This document shows, piece after piece, positions 1 to 9,981 of a stretch of DNA of 64,000 bases. Location of the stretch: assembly GCA_035501575.1 (NCBI GenBank), contig DATJVZ010000319.1, positions 3,841 through 67,840 of the forward strand. Direction: 5' to 3'. The notes beneath the pieces were generated by a model, which worked only from the letters and a program-made list of their open reading frames with translations, did not search any database and was not told the origin of the DNA. A program made the translations under genes and the position numbers. The DNA comes from Terriglobales bacterium. Lineage in GTDB: Bacteria > Acidobacteriota > Terriglobia > Terriglobales > Acidobacteriaceae. Positions within the stretch are counted from its first letter, which is position 1; every line of letters starts with the position of its first letter.

Positions 1-117
1 CCCGGCGCAGTCAAGGGTGAATGTCATCGGTTCACGCTTCACCGCCTCCTGCGCTGCCATGGCGCCGAAGGCCAGGGCAACGCAGGTCAACCTAAACACT
101 AGCTTAACCTTTCTCAT
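1..117 (-). CDS. partial CDS (N-terminus only) of an exported protein, continues beyond the left edge
   Basis: ATG at 117 on the minus strand opens MRKVKLVFRLTCVALAFGAMAAQEA..., with a basic n-region, hydrophobic core and A-x-A-like site. The frame stays open to position 1. Confidence 0.35.
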   Translation of the reverse strand, partial: MRKVKLVFRLTCVALAFGAMAAQEAVKREPMTFTLDCAG

Positions 118-268
118 AAAGTTCTCTAGTCCATGGGTGTGGGAATGACCTCGATCCTGGCGAGAGACTGCGGTCTCGGATTTCTTCAACTTTCGACCGA
201 AAACAGGTTCGTTAAGAACTTAACGCTAGAAACTGAATCTTGCTGGGAGTTGCACCAAAAGGCCCGGC

Positions 269-1021
269 CTACCCAGTGGCCCGGGACCTTTCCGTCTCTC
301 CCCTGGCCGGTGCGATCTGTTGCAATTCCGTGGGCAGCCCGCTATCAATCGCGCGTCGCACCCTTTCCATCAAAACCTCTCGACTCTCGAAATTCCCCGG
401 ATCGATGGGATCATGAAAGATCACCCTAACCCCACCTGGGGTGATCGCGAAACGCCGTTTGGGCATGACGGAATAGGTTCCGGCGATGGTAACCGGAACC
501 AGCGGAACTCCCGCTTCGATGGCCAAATAAAAAGGGCCCTTTTTGAAAGGCAGCAGTTTTCCGTCGAAAGACCGCTTGCCTTCGACGAAGATGGTCATGC
601 TGATTCCCTGGCGGACGACCTCGGTCGCAGCTTCGACGGCGGCAATTCCCGCCTCCCGATGGCCACGATCGACAGGCACCAGGGATCCGATTCTCATCAC
701 CGTGCCTAAAAGCGGATAGCGAAACAGTTCTTTCTTGGCCATGACCGAGGTGCGCTGCGGAATCAGGGGCAGCAGCAGCGGAGGATCAACATTCGAGACA
801 TGGTTAGACATGTAGATATAGGTTCGAGCCGGATCCAGCTTCTCAAGCCCGACGGTCTCGACCCGGATCCCGGCCAAGCGGATTCCGGCGAAGGCACCCC
901 ACATGCAGACGCGATAGAGCACCCGAATATCGCCGGTGAGGAGCGTCCAAGGGATGAAAATAAGAGCGGCGATGGGCAGCGCGACCGCCCAGAAGGCCAG
1001 CATCACGATGGTGCGGATCAC
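269..1021 (-). CDS. plsC: 1-acyl-sn-glycerol-3-phosphate acyltransferase
   Basis: NHVSNVDP (HX4D acyltransferase motif) and FVEGKRS block. GTG at 1021 overlaps the upstream stop (GTGA); an alternative ATG lies at 1003. The longer ORF to 1150 overlaps the M61 gene and is unlikely. Confidence 0.85.
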   Translation of the reverse strand: MIRTIVMLAFWAVALPIAALIFIPWTLLTGDIRVLYRVCMWGAFAGIRLAGIRVETVGLEKLDPARTYIYMSNHVSNVDPPLLLPLIPQRTSVMAKKELFRYPLLGTVMRIGSLVPVDRGHREAGIAAVEAATEVVRQGISMTIFVEGKRSFDGKLLPFKKGPFYLAIEAGVPLVPVTIAGTYSVMPKRRFAITPGGVRVIFHDPIDPGNFESREVLMERVRRAIDSGLPTELQQIAPARGETERSRATG

Positions 1022-2892
1022 CGATGAGCCTCGCGAAGATTCAGGGGCTCTCCCCCGAACCAGGCGGTGCGACAGGCTTTTTCTGCCGCGGAGAGGTTCG
1101 GCGAGTCGCGCAGTTCGAAATCGACTCGCTCGCGCCATCCCGGTTTCCACTGTAATTCCCGCTCGCCCGCCCGCCCCCGGACGCGTAGTTTCAAGGTTTC
1201 TCCTGGTTTCATCTGCTCGAGTTTGCGCACCGAGTTGCGATCCACAGGCTGGCCATTGGCCGTCAAGATAGTATCGCCCACCGCCAGACCCGAGCGCTCC
1301 GCCTCGCCCAGCGGTGCAACCTCAACGACTGTACCCGGGGCGGTAAAGGAGCGGTCGAGGGCAAAGCCCAGATCGACCACCGGCACGCGGGTTTCGCTCA
1401 ACTCTAAGCCTACTACCTCGAAGAAATTGTTCCAGGGGAGCTCCTCGGTGCCGGCTACATAGCGCTCGAAGAAGGAACCCAGGTCGGCGCCGCTGACGGC
1501 TTCGGCCGCCTCCCGCACTCCACGAGAGTCGGGAAAGAAGCGGTTTTGCCGGGCGTAATTCTGGTTCATCCAGCGCAAGACCTCGCGCAGCGAAGTGCCG
1601 CACTGGCTGCGCTTGCGGAGCTCGAGATCGAGCGCGATGCCGAGCAAGAAACCTTTATTGTAGTAGGAGATGCTTCGTGCGGGATTCTGGTAATAATCGT
1701 AACCTTCCAGCCAGGCCCCGAGGCTCGCGGCTTCCGCCGATTGCCAGAGGTGCGCGGGTCTTTCCTCGAGTTCGCGGATCTGGCTCGAGAGTCGCTTGAG
1801 GAAACCGGACTCACTCTCCTGACCGGCGCGCAACAAGCCGTATTCGCCCGCCGTGCTGGTCACACCTTCGCTGAACCACAAGGCGGGCGAATAATTCTCC
1901 TTTGTGTAATCGACGGGTTCGAGCGACTGCGGACGAATGCGCTTAACGTTCCAGCGATGGAAGAATTCGTGGGCGGTTAGTTGCGCCAAGGACTCGGGGT
2001 CTTCCGCCAGCCGCTTAGCACGGTTGTCAATCGCCGTCGAATCGGCGTGCTCCATCCCCCCGGAACCAGGCCCGCGGGGAAAGTGGTAGATAAAAAGATA
2101 GGAACCTGACGGCTCATCGTCCATCCATGACGTCTCCGCGGCCACAATCCGTTCATCCATGGCGGCGATTTTCGCCATGTCATAGTCGGCCGGATCGGCG
2201 TCGATGATCACCCGGTAGTGCCCACGGCCCAGCTCGAAATCCGCCTCCTGGAAGGTACTGATTTCGACCGGGGCGTCAACCAACCGATCGTAATTCTCCG
2301 CCCGAAAGCCGGCTTCTGCGGAGCCGGCCAGGGCAGTCGCAATTTTCCAATGCGGCAGAACATCGCGGAAATCAAGTTCGATCGGAAGCGAGCGCAGATC
2401 GACGGGATACATCAGGATTTCGGCCAAATTGAGGAAGGCATGTTGCCCATTGAACTGGGCGCCGAAAGGACCCGGATTGTTGGCAAAGATTTCGTATTCG
2501 ATCTCAGCACCCTGCTCGGCATGCGCGATGTGCCATCGGCTGGGATTGACGAGGGAAATAGGGAGGGAGCTTCCCTGCTCCTCGCGCCGATGAACCCAAT
2601 TGACGTACTGGGAAAAGTCGCGAATCTGATAGAGCGCATTCCAGACCGGCAACTCGAGATCGTGCTCTTCCCTGCCGGATGGGATGAGGAGCCGCACCTG
2701 GACTAAATGCCGGGCGGGATCGGCCAAGACCACGGTGTAGCGAAGCAAGCCTTCGGGCGCTGGGGAGGCGGCTTCGGCCCGGATCGCGCCCGGGAGCGCC
2801 GCAAGCAGCAGAGTCCCAGCCAGAATACCCAACCCGAGGGCTCCGCCCCGAACTGGATGGCGCCTTGCGCTCGGCGCCCTCGGTTCGATCAC
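1018..2892 (-). CDS. M61 family glycyl aminopeptidase with C-terminal PDZ-like domain, secreted
   Basis: HEFFHRWNVKRIRP zinc-site block typical of M61, N-terminal signal peptide, C-terminal GLAVGDTILTANGQPV. The GTG start overlaps the mpl stop. Confidence 0.85.
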   Translation of the reverse strand: MIEPRAPSARRHPVRGGALGLGILAGTLLLAALPGAIRAEAASPAPEGLLRYTVVLADPARHLVQVRLLIPSGREEHDLELPVWNALYQIRDFSQYVNWVHRREEQGSSLPISLVNPSRWHIAHAEQGAEIEYEIFANNPGPFGAQFNGQHAFLNLAEILMYPVDLRSLPIELDFRDVLPHWKIATALAGSAEAGFRAENYDRLVDAPVEISTFQEADFELGRGHYRVIIDADPADYDMAKIAAMDERIVAAETSWMDDEPSGSYLFIYHFPRGPGSGGMEHADSTAIDNRAKRLAEDPESLAQLTAHEFFHRWNVKRIRPQSLEPVDYTKENYSPALWFSEGVTSTAGEYGLLRAGQESESGFLKRLSSQIRELEERPAHLWQSAEAASLGAWLEGYDYYQNPARSISYYNKGFLLGIALDLELRKRSQCGTSLREVLRWMNQNYARQNRFFPDSRGVREAAEAVSGADLGSFFERYVAGTEELPWNNFFEVVGLELSETRVPVVDLGFALDRSFTAPGTVVEVAPLGEAERSGLAVGDTILTANGQPVDRNSVRKLEQMKPGETLKLRVRGRAGERELQWKPGWRERVDFELRDSPNLSAAEKACRTAWFGGEPLNLREAHR

Positions 2893-4370
2893 GGTCGGGG
2901 GCGAGCCTCCGTCATCTCGCCTGCGGCTGCCGCTGCCGCCAGGCGCTCGAGGCGCCGGGGCAATTTTTCGTAGATTCCTCCAAACCCTCCGTTGGAGAGG
3001 ATGGCTACTACCGCTCCCGAACGCAGTTCGGGAGCCACCGTTTCGACAATGGCATCCACGGTAGGCACGATGCGGGCGCAGCGGCCGTGCTTTTCAATTT
3101 CCGCTTGCAGGGCGGGCAAATCCAGTCTCTCCGATTCCGGGATCCCTTCGGCATTGAAAACATTAGCGACTACTACTTCATCGGCCGCCGCCAGACTCTT
3201 GGCTAAATCGCGCTGCAGGATATTGCGCCTCAGGGTGTTCGAGCGGGGCTCAAGAATCACCCACAGACGCGCCCCCGGGTAGCGGGAGCGCAGGGCGCTG
3301 AGCGTACTCTGAATCGCCGTGGGATGATGCGCGAAGTCGTCGATGATCGTCACTCCTCGAACCACCGTGCGCACTTCCAACCGGCGCTTCACCCCTTTGA
3401 AGGTGGCGAGGGCGGTGCGGATCTGATCCGGGGAAATGCCGCAACTGGCAGCCAAGGCGGCGGCAGCCGTTGCGTTCCAAACGTTATATTCTCCCGCCAG
3501 CGGAAACTCGAAATCCGCCCAGAACTTTCCCTGCTTCCATAGCGACCAGCGCGTACTCTCTTTGCCCAGATCGAGGTCGCGGATCTGCCAATCCGACGCC
3601 CGCCGACCGTAGCGCTCGACCGGGCAGAAGGGGCGGGCGAGACAACGCTCCAGGCTCTCGCCGGAATCGAAGGCCACGATCCGTCCGCGCTCGGGTACCA
3701 GGTTCACCAGCCGCTTGAAGGCGGTTTCGACCGCGTCCAAGTCTTTGTAGATGTCGGCATGATCGAATTCAACCGAGGTGAGGATCACCCCATCGGGAAA
3801 GTAATGGAGAAACTTCGGACCCTTGTCGAAGAAGGCCGTGTCGTATTCGTCCCCTTCCAGAATGAAGTGCTCTCCCTCGCGCAATTGAAAGCTGCTTTGA
3901 AAATTCTCGGCAATGCCTCCGATGAGGAAAGAAGGCCGGAGGCCGGCACTCTCGAAGATCCAGGCCAGCATCGAGGTCGTGGTGGTCTTGCCGTGCGTGC
4001 CGGCCACCACCAAGACTTGTTTTCCGACCAGGAACTCGTCATGCAGAATCTGCGGCAGAGAGCAAAAAGGGATGCGCTCGTTGAGCACGTGCTCGAGCTC
4101 CGGGTTGCCGCGAGAAATGGCGTTGCCAATGACCACCAGATCCGGCCGCGGCTCCAGATTCTTGCGGTCGAAGGGTTCCCTCACGGTGATGGCCAAGGAG
4201 CGCAGAAAGTCCGACATCGGCGGATATGCTGCCCGATCCGAACCGGTCACATGAAAGCCGCGCTGGTCGAGCATGCCCGCGAGCGAGGCCATGGCGGTTC
4301 CGCAGATTCCAATCAGATGAATGTGCCGGTTCTTGTCGCTCACTTGGTTCCCGCCCCCTTGAACTGGCAT
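2889..4370 (-). CDS. mpl: UDP-N-acetylmuramate:L-alanyl-gamma-D-glutamyl-meso-diaminopimelate ligase
   Basis: IHLIGICGTAMASLAGML N-terminus (Mpl-type rather than MurC-type) and Mur-ligase P-loop GTHGKTTTTSM. Adjacent to ldcA. Confidence 0.88.
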   Translation of the reverse strand: MPVQGGGNQVSDKNRHIHLIGICGTAMASLAGMLDQRGFHVTGSDRAAYPPMSDFLRSLAITVREPFDRKNLEPRPDLVVIGNAISRGNPELEHVLNERIPFCSLPQILHDEFLVGKQVLVVAGTHGKTTTTSMLAWIFESAGLRPSFLIGGIAENFQSSFQLREGEHFILEGDEYDTAFFDKGPKFLHYFPDGVILTSVEFDHADIYKDLDAVETAFKRLVNLVPERGRIVAFDSGESLERCLARPFCPVERYGRRASDWQIRDLDLGKESTRWSLWKQGKFWADFEFPLAGEYNVWNATAAAALAASCGISPDQIRTALATFKGVKRRLEVRTVVRGVTIIDDFAHHPTAIQSTLSALRSRYPGARLWVILEPRSNTLRRNILQRDLAKSLAAADEVVVANVFNAEGIPESERLDLPALQAEIEKHGRCARIVPTVDAIVETVAPELRSGAVVAILSNGGFGGIYEKLPRRLERLAAAAAAGEMTEARPRP

Positions 4371-4379
4371 GGAAAAACC

Positions 4380-5390
4380 TTACGTCCGCCTTCTCGCTTC
4401 GTCCAGCTTCCCGGCTCTTTTAGTGGTTACCATCGCGTCTCCCGCCAGAGTTGAGGCCTCGAGAATCCTCAGGCTCACACGGTCTCGACCTGCCTCGAAC
4501 GCCGCGCGCACCCCGATAGGGAGGGTGAGATTCTCCTGGGAAACGTGCCCTGAGCGCAGTCCCCAGGCGACCGGCACTCCCAGATCGCCAACCACGCGCA
4601 CAATCACTTCCGGCAAGCTGTAAGGCTGATCGTTCGTCTGCCGGCAATCGAGCATCTCGCCGAACACGATTCCTCGCACCCCTTGGAGCTTGCCCGCCAG
4701 CTTCAATTGCATGAGCATGCGGTCGATCTGATACGGCTTAACCCCAACATCCTCGAGAAACAGAATGGTCCCTTCGCTACGGATTTCGTAGGGGGTTCCG
4801 AGCGATGCCACTAGCATGGACAGGCAGCCGCCATAGAGAACACCCTCCGCCGCACCTTCAACCAATACTTTAAGGGGGGAGAACTCTTCCAGGCTCCAGC
4901 CAGCGCTGCCCCCCAAGGCGGTCTCCCAGGCGGGAACATGGATTCCATCCCGATGGGAGAAATCTTTCGCGACCATCGGACCATGAAAGGTGACCATGCC
5001 GAGAGCATCGGCGAAATAAGTCAGTAGGGTCGTTATGTCACTGTAACCGACAAAGATCTTGGGGTGGGATCGTAACCGCTCGAGATCAATCGCCTCGAGC
5101 AGGTAATTGGCGCCGTATCCGCCGCGGGCGCACACCACGGCACGCACATCGGGACGGACAAACATCTCCTCGAACTCGCGCGTCCGCCGCTCGATCGAGC
5201 CGGCAAAATATAAGTCCTGCTCGAAAATCGAGGGGAGAAACGACGTGCGGTAGCCCAGCTCGCGCAAACGACGGACTCCCGCTTCGAGCAAATCGCGCTT
5301 GATATTGCTGGCTGGCGCGATGATTCCAACCGTGTCCCCTGGTTGAAGAGCCGGCGGTTTAACCCGCACGATCGTCGGCGTAGCTTCCAT
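4380..5390 (-). CDS. ldcA: LD-carboxypeptidase (muramoyltetrapeptide carboxypeptidase, peptidase S66)
   Basis: GYSDITTLL nucleophile-Ser block and ARGGYGANYL block. Confidence 0.85.
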   Translation of the reverse strand: MEATPTIVRVKPPALQPGDTVGIIAPASNIKRDLLEAGVRRLRELGYRTSFLPSIFEQDLYFAGSIERRTREFEEMFVRPDVRAVVCARGGYGANYLLEAIDLERLRSHPKIFVGYSDITTLLTYFADALGMVTFHGPMVAKDFSHRDGIHVPAWETALGGSAGWSLEEFSPLKVLVEGAAEGVLYGGCLSMLVASLGTPYEIRSEGTILFLEDVGVKPYQIDRMLMQLKLAGKLQGVRGIVFGEMLDCRQTNDQPYSLPEVIVRVVGDLGVPVAWGLRSGHVSQENLTLPIGVRAAFEAGRDRVSLRILEASTLAGDAMVTTKRAGKLDEARRRT

Positions 5391-5399
5391 ATCGGCACC

Positions 5400-6188
5400 C
5401 TAAACGAAAAACTCTCCTTGGCAGATCAAGCGGGCGGCCCCTCGCAAGTACACTTGCTCCTCCCAGCGGACAACTTGCACCCCCCCGGGGGTATGAACCT
5501 CGACCGGCGAGGCGACTTTCTTTTCCGAGATCGCGGCCACGGCCGCAGCGCAAGAACCAGTCCCGGACGACTGCGTCTCACCCACCCCGCGCTCAAAGAA
5601 TCGCACTTCAATATTGTGTTTATCTCGAATAATTACTAGCTCAATATTAACCCCATGCTTGAACTCTGAGCGCCGCCCGATTTCCTCCGCCTTCGTCTGC
5701 CATCGGGAAGGAACCTTTCGCACAAACATGACGAAATGCGGGTTGCCCAGAGAGACCGGGATGCCGCGCACTTCACCCTGCGGAAGCGGGAGCAGAAGCT
5801 CCAGGCCGACGCCGGGCTCCCCCATGGCAAGCTCAAAATCATATTGTTTCTCACGGTGCGAGAGCAGGGTACAAGTTTTAAGACCGGCACCGGTACGAAT
5901 GACGATCTCCCGTTTCGCCTCTTGCGAGCAGAGATAGGCGGCCACGCAGCGTGTTCCGTTGCCCGACAGTTCCGCCGGGCTCCCATCGGCGTTAAACAGG
6001 TTTGCCCGTATGTCCGCATCCTCGGTGGGAAACAGCCACTCCACACCGTCGGCACCAACACCCTGGTGGCGGTCGGCGATGCGCCGGCTGAAGGCTGCGA
6101 TATCGGCGGGGGCGCAGCTACCCTCGACAATGAGAAAATCATTGCCGCACGCGCTGGCCTTGACAAAGGGCACCCCGGCTGAGTTCAT
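5400..6188 (-). CDS. dapF: diaminopimelate epimerase
   Basis: SACGNDF and SSGTGSCAA catalytic-Cys blocks, plus GNGTRC. Confidence 0.9.
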   Translation of the reverse strand: MNSAGVPFVKASACGNDFLIVEGSCAPADIAAFSRRIADRHQGVGADGVEWLFPTEDADIRANLFNADGSPAELSGNGTRCVAAYLCSQEAKREIVIRTGAGLKTCTLLSHREKQYDFELAMGEPGVGLELLLPLPQGEVRGIPVSLGNPHFVMFVRKVPSRWQTKAEEIGRRSEFKHGVNIELVIIRDKHNIEVRFFERGVGETQSSGTGSCAAAVAAISEKKVASPVEVHTPGGVQVVRWEEQVYLRGAARLICQGEFFV

Positions 6189-6388
6189 TCCGCATATACC
6201 GGGGCGAGCGGGATCACGCTCATCCGCATGCGAGACGCCACTCGCTTCAAGAGGAACTCGTAGATCCGCCCCAAATTCGACATGAGAAGTGGATTTGGCT
6301 GGATTTTATCACCAATGCGCCTCGCCCGATCCCCGGTCGACGGGTGGGTTACGAGCGACAGATCCACGCGCGGACGGCGGATGGCCAT
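6185..6388 (-). CDS. hypothetical small protein (67 codons)
   Basis: Open frame with GC-rich third codon positions. Its stop overlaps the dapF start in ATGA. No recognisable family. Confidence 0.3.
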   Translation of the reverse strand: MAIRRPRVDLSLVTHPSTGDRARRIGDKIQPNPLLMSNLGRIYEFLLKRVASRMRMSVIPLAPVYAE

Positions 6389-6447
6389 GGCCGTCGGTGT
6401 CGGTCGAGTATATCGCTCTCTGGGAGGAGCCTTCGCCGCTTGAGGAT

Positions 6448-8070
6448 TTAGCGGCCCTGGCGATGAGTCCAGTAGATGGTGGCGGGAGGTAGCCCACTGG
6501 TGTGAATCAGAACCAGTGAAGACAAATCACGCTGTTGAACCTGTTCCGCAACCGGGTCTTCGTCGATTGTAATTACATAGTCCACGTAGCGCGCTGGATC
6601 CGCCAGGGCTCTCTCCCACAGGCCTTCCGCATCGGCGGGCTTTTTCCATGGCCGATGATTGCCTTCATTGATCACGCGTCGGAGATGAATGCGCGCAAGT
6701 TGCAAAGCTCCCACATGCTGGCCCAGGTACATGAGCAAATCCGAATCCTGCGGCAATCGGATGAGCGTAGCCGCAAGCTGCTTCTCGAATGCAATCCGCG
6801 TACCTGAGTTGGTCCATGCTTCGCGGTAACAGATCGGCTGAGCCCTCCACACCTCCGCATAACTGGCTGCAACCAGCGCCAGGAGCCCGGCGAGGATCAC
6901 TCCCTTCCCCCACTTTTGCCGAGCGCGATCGAGTCCGCAATCGATGGTTACAGCCGCCAGGACGGCAAACGCCGGAATGAGTTCGACGCCAAAGCGCACG
7001 TTGTAATAAGAGAAAGGCCACCACTGGGGCAAATAAATGGGCACATTGCCGTAAGCGACGGACAAGGTATAAAACGGCAAAGGAATCGCCACCAAGAGTA
7101 ACGGCCAGAGTCTTGGCCGGAGGAACGCAATTAGACCGGCCCCCGCGAGCAGCAGCCCCAGCCAGATTTTCTGCGATACTCCTTCAGCCATATTGTCTTC
7201 GGCAGCTTTTAAGAAATAGCTGAAGGAGGCTTTGAGATCATGCCATCCGGGATGGGGCGAGGATCCGAAAACTGGCGTCCTTTGCTCGATGGCGCGAGCC
7301 GAGTAAGGGCCCCTGGCAAACTCCAGGGGATCGCGATAAACCGTGGCGTTGCAGGCGAACCAGAGAAGCGGTCCGGCCGCGGCGAGCACGGTAAAGCGAG
7401 CCAGGCTTCGACCCAGGGCCATCCGGTTCGCCGGGGAGCGGACGACTACCCACCCCACGGCCAAGCCCATGGCCACGGCGAGGAACCATCCGTCGTAGCG
7501 GGTGAGACAGGCCCCGGCCAGGCACCAACCGCATTTCCACAAGGATGATTTCGCCTGCTTTTGGTTGGCGCTCTCGGCGGCGCGATAAAACTCGCTGCCG
7601 TACACGATAGACCAGATGAACAGAGCCGAGTACAAGACCTCGGTCATCGCCGTGGTCTGGAGATACAACAGATTGGGATTGGCGGCATAAATAGCTGCCC
7701 CAAGCCAGGCCGTGCGGTGCGAGACCAGCCAACCCCGCAGCAAGCGAACGATCCCGACCGTAGCGAGCACGTAGGCGCACATCGAAGGGATGGACCCCGC
7801 AATTCCAGTCTGCCAAGCCGCGTCGGAAAACAAGAACGGAATCATCAGGAGATGGGGGAGAGGCAGCCACACCGTGCCCAGTTGGAGCAGGCCGGGGGTG
7901 CGGGAGTCGATGACCCGGCGGGCGATGTTGATATGAGCGACCGCATCCCCGTAAAGCAGCAGATCGCCGTGGCGGAAGTAGAAGAGAAAGGAAAATAGGG
8001 CAGTGGTGGCAGCGATTTGAGCGACCAGAGTGAGTTCGCGATCCCAAACGTCCGTGCGCGCAAGGTTCAT
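6448..8070 (-). CDS. polytopic membrane protein, GT-C-like (family 39/83-like) glycosyltransferase candidate
   Basis: 540 aa with many hydrophobic helices. The N-terminal YGDAVAHINIARR...PGLLQLGTVWLPLPH block is reminiscent of ArnT/PMT-type enzymes. 4-nt overlap with the upstream PfkB gene. Confidence 0.55.
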   Translation of the reverse strand: MNLARTDVWDRELTLVAQIAATTALFSFLFYFRHGDLLLYGDAVAHINIARRVIDSRTPGLLQLGTVWLPLPHLLMIPFLFSDAAWQTGIAGSIPSMCAYVLATVGIVRLLRGWLVSHRTAWLGAAIYAANPNLLYLQTTAMTEVLYSALFIWSIVYGSEFYRAAESANQKQAKSSLWKCGWCLAGACLTRYDGWFLAVAMGLAVGWVVVRSPANRMALGRSLARFTVLAAAGPLLWFACNATVYRDPLEFARGPYSARAIEQRTPVFGSSPHPGWHDLKASFSYFLKAAEDNMAEGVSQKIWLGLLLAGAGLIAFLRPRLWPLLLVAIPLPFYTLSVAYGNVPIYLPQWWPFSYYNVRFGVELIPAFAVLAAVTIDCGLDRARQKWGKGVILAGLLALVAASYAEVWRAQPICYREAWTNSGTRIAFEKQLAATLIRLPQDSDLLMYLGQHVGALQLARIHLRRVINEGNHRPWKKPADAEGLWERALADPARYVDYVITIDEDPVAEQVQQRDLSSLVLIHTSGLPPATIYWTHRQGR

Positions 8071-8990
8071 TCCAGGTGGGTCAATTCGCGGAATACTTGA
8101 AATCTGGCGTCGATCTCCTCGCGCGTCAGGGACTGAAGCCGCTCCGTCCCAAAACGCTCGACGGCAAAAGAGCCCATCACCCCGCCGTAAAAGAGGGCGC
8201 GCTTCAGTACTTCGCGGTTAAGTACGCCCGCGGAGGCGATGTATCCCATGAACCCGCCGGCAAAGGAATCGCCGGCGCCGGTCGGGTCTCGCACTTCTTC
8301 GATCGGCAAGGCGGGGGCGCGAAAAGGATGACGGCCAATCCCAAAAGCACCCTGGCGAAAGAAGATGGTCGCCCCATACTCGCCATGCTTGATCACCAAG
8401 GCCCGGGGTCCGAGGGCAAGCACTTTTTGCGCTGCTCGCGGCAGGTTGTCCTCTTCTGCCAGCATTTTGGTTTCCCCATCATTGATGAGCAATACATCGA
8501 TCTGCCTCAAGGTGTTCAGCAACTCGGGGCGCGTGCCTCGAATCCAGAAGTTCATGGTATCGCCGGCCGTAAGGCGGATGCCTTTCAACTTCAGACGCAC
8601 GGCGGTTTGCAGGCCCGGGTGGATATTGCCCAGAAACAGAAACTCCGAGTCCTTATATTCCGCAGGAATTTTGGGCTGGAACTTCTCAAACACGTTGAGC
8701 TCGGTGAAGTCCGTCTTGGCTTCGTTGAGGCTGCCCAGGTAATGCCCACCCCAGCGGAAGGTCTTCCCCTTGGCATGCTCGACGCCCCGCAGGTCGATGC
8801 CGCGCTTGGTGAAAACCCCCTCATGCTCGGCGGTAAAGTCTTCGCCTACCACGGCGACGACGCGCACCTTGGTGAAAAAACTTGCCGCCAAGGCAAAATA
8901 GGTACAGGAGCCACCCAGAATGTTTTCCGCCCGTCCGGCGGGGGTCGCGATCGAGTCGAAGGCAATCGAACCCACGGCAACAATGCTCAT
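8067..8990 (-). CDS. PfkB/ribokinase-family sugar or nucleoside kinase
   Basis: C-terminal [13 protein letters not shown] motif of the ribokinase/PfkB family. The start overlaps the mtnP stop. Confidence 0.85.
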   Translation of the reverse strand: MSIVAVGSIAFDSIATPAGRAENILGGSCTYFALAASFFTKVRVVAVVGEDFTAEHEGVFTKRGIDLRGVEHAKGKTFRWGGHYLGSLNEAKTDFTELNVFEKFQPKIPAEYKDSEFLFLGNIHPGLQTAVRLKLKGIRLTAGDTMNFWIRGTRPELLNTLRQIDVLLINDGETKMLAEEDNLPRAAQKVLALGPRALVIKHGEYGATIFFRQGAFGIGRHPFRAPALPIEEVRDPTGAGDSFAGGFMGYIASAGVLNREVLKRALFYGGVMGSFAVERFGTERLQSLTREEIDARFQVFRELTHLE

Positions 8991-9889
8991 GGTCTTTTTT
9001 TGCTCTCCAAATATCTGGCGAGGATGAGTTTCAGCTTGGCACGAGTGGCTGGGGGGACCAGGTCGTACTCAGTGACAATGGCATGGGCTAGCGCGCGCTG
9101 GCAGTTGCAGGTGGGCGAAGCCGGCAGGGCCGCGATCGTCTGCCGCAACACGCGGCAGGCATTTTCCGCATTCTGCAGCAACACGGCGACAATCTGGTCG
9201 ACGGTCACCGAATCGTGCTGCGGATGCCAGCAGTCGTAATCGGTGACCATGGCAATGGTCACGTAGCACATTTCCGCTTCCCGCGCCAGCTTGGCCTCCT
9301 GCAGGTTGGTCATGCCGATCACGTCCATGCCCCAGCTGCGATAGAGGTTCGATTCGGCCTTGGTGGAGAATTGCGGTCCCTCCATGCACAGGTAGGTGCC
9401 GCCACGTTTGCCGAGCACCCCCGCCCCCTTGCAGGCCTGCTCCACGGTTTTGGCCAATGCGGCGCAGATCGGTTCGGCAAAGCCCACGTGGGCGACGATG
9501 CCTTCCCCGAAGAATGTATCCACGCGGTGGCGGGTACGATCAAAGAACTGATCGGGGATTACAAACTCCAGTGGCCTGTGTTCTTCTTTCAGCGATCCCA
9601 CCGCCGACAGGGACACGATACGTTCCACTCCCAGTTGCTTGAAGCCATGAATGTTGGCGCGAAAATTCAGCTCCGAGGGAAGGATGCGGTGCCCGCGTCC
9701 GTGGCGGGCGAGAAAGGCCACTTTGCGCCCTTCGAGCCGTCCCAGAATATAAGCATCCGAAGGCTCTCCAAACGGGGTCGGCTGCCGGGTCTCCTCGATT
9801 TCGCTCAGGCCGGGCATCGAATACAGACCGCTGCCGCCAATGATGCCAATCTCCGCCTGCGACAAGTCTCCCCCTGGAAAGCTCGGCAA
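8987..9889 (-). CDS. mtnP: S-methyl-5'-thioadenosine phosphorylase
   Basis: [30 protein letters not shown] and [18 protein letters not shown] blocks. Confidence 0.88.
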   Translation of the reverse strand: MPSFPGGDLSQAEIGIIGGSGLYSMPGLSEIEETRQPTPFGEPSDAYILGRLEGRKVAFLARHGRGHRILPSELNFRANIHGFKQLGVERIVSLSAVGSLKEEHRPLEFVIPDQFFDRTRHRVDTFFGEGIVAHVGFAEPICAALAKTVEQACKGAGVLGKRGGTYLCMEGPQFSTKAESNLYRSWGMDVIGMTNLQEAKLAREAEMCYVTIAMVTDYDCWHPQHDSVTVDQIVAVLLQNAENACRVLRQTIAALPASPTCNCQRALAHAIVTEYDLVPPATRAKLKLILARYLESKKRP

Positions 9890-9981
9890 TTAAGCAAACT
9901 CGAGATTATACAGAATTAGGGCGGAGGGGCTGGCTCTTCGAGCCGTAGCAGGACCGATGAACACCCACCGATCAAGATCGA

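Noticed and set aside
8076-9239. 387-aa ORF on the plus strand
   Set aside because: It lies entirely antisense to the well-supported PfkB and mtnP genes. The composition is Arg/Gly/Ala-rich with no motifs. This is a typical shadow ORF of a high-GC genome.
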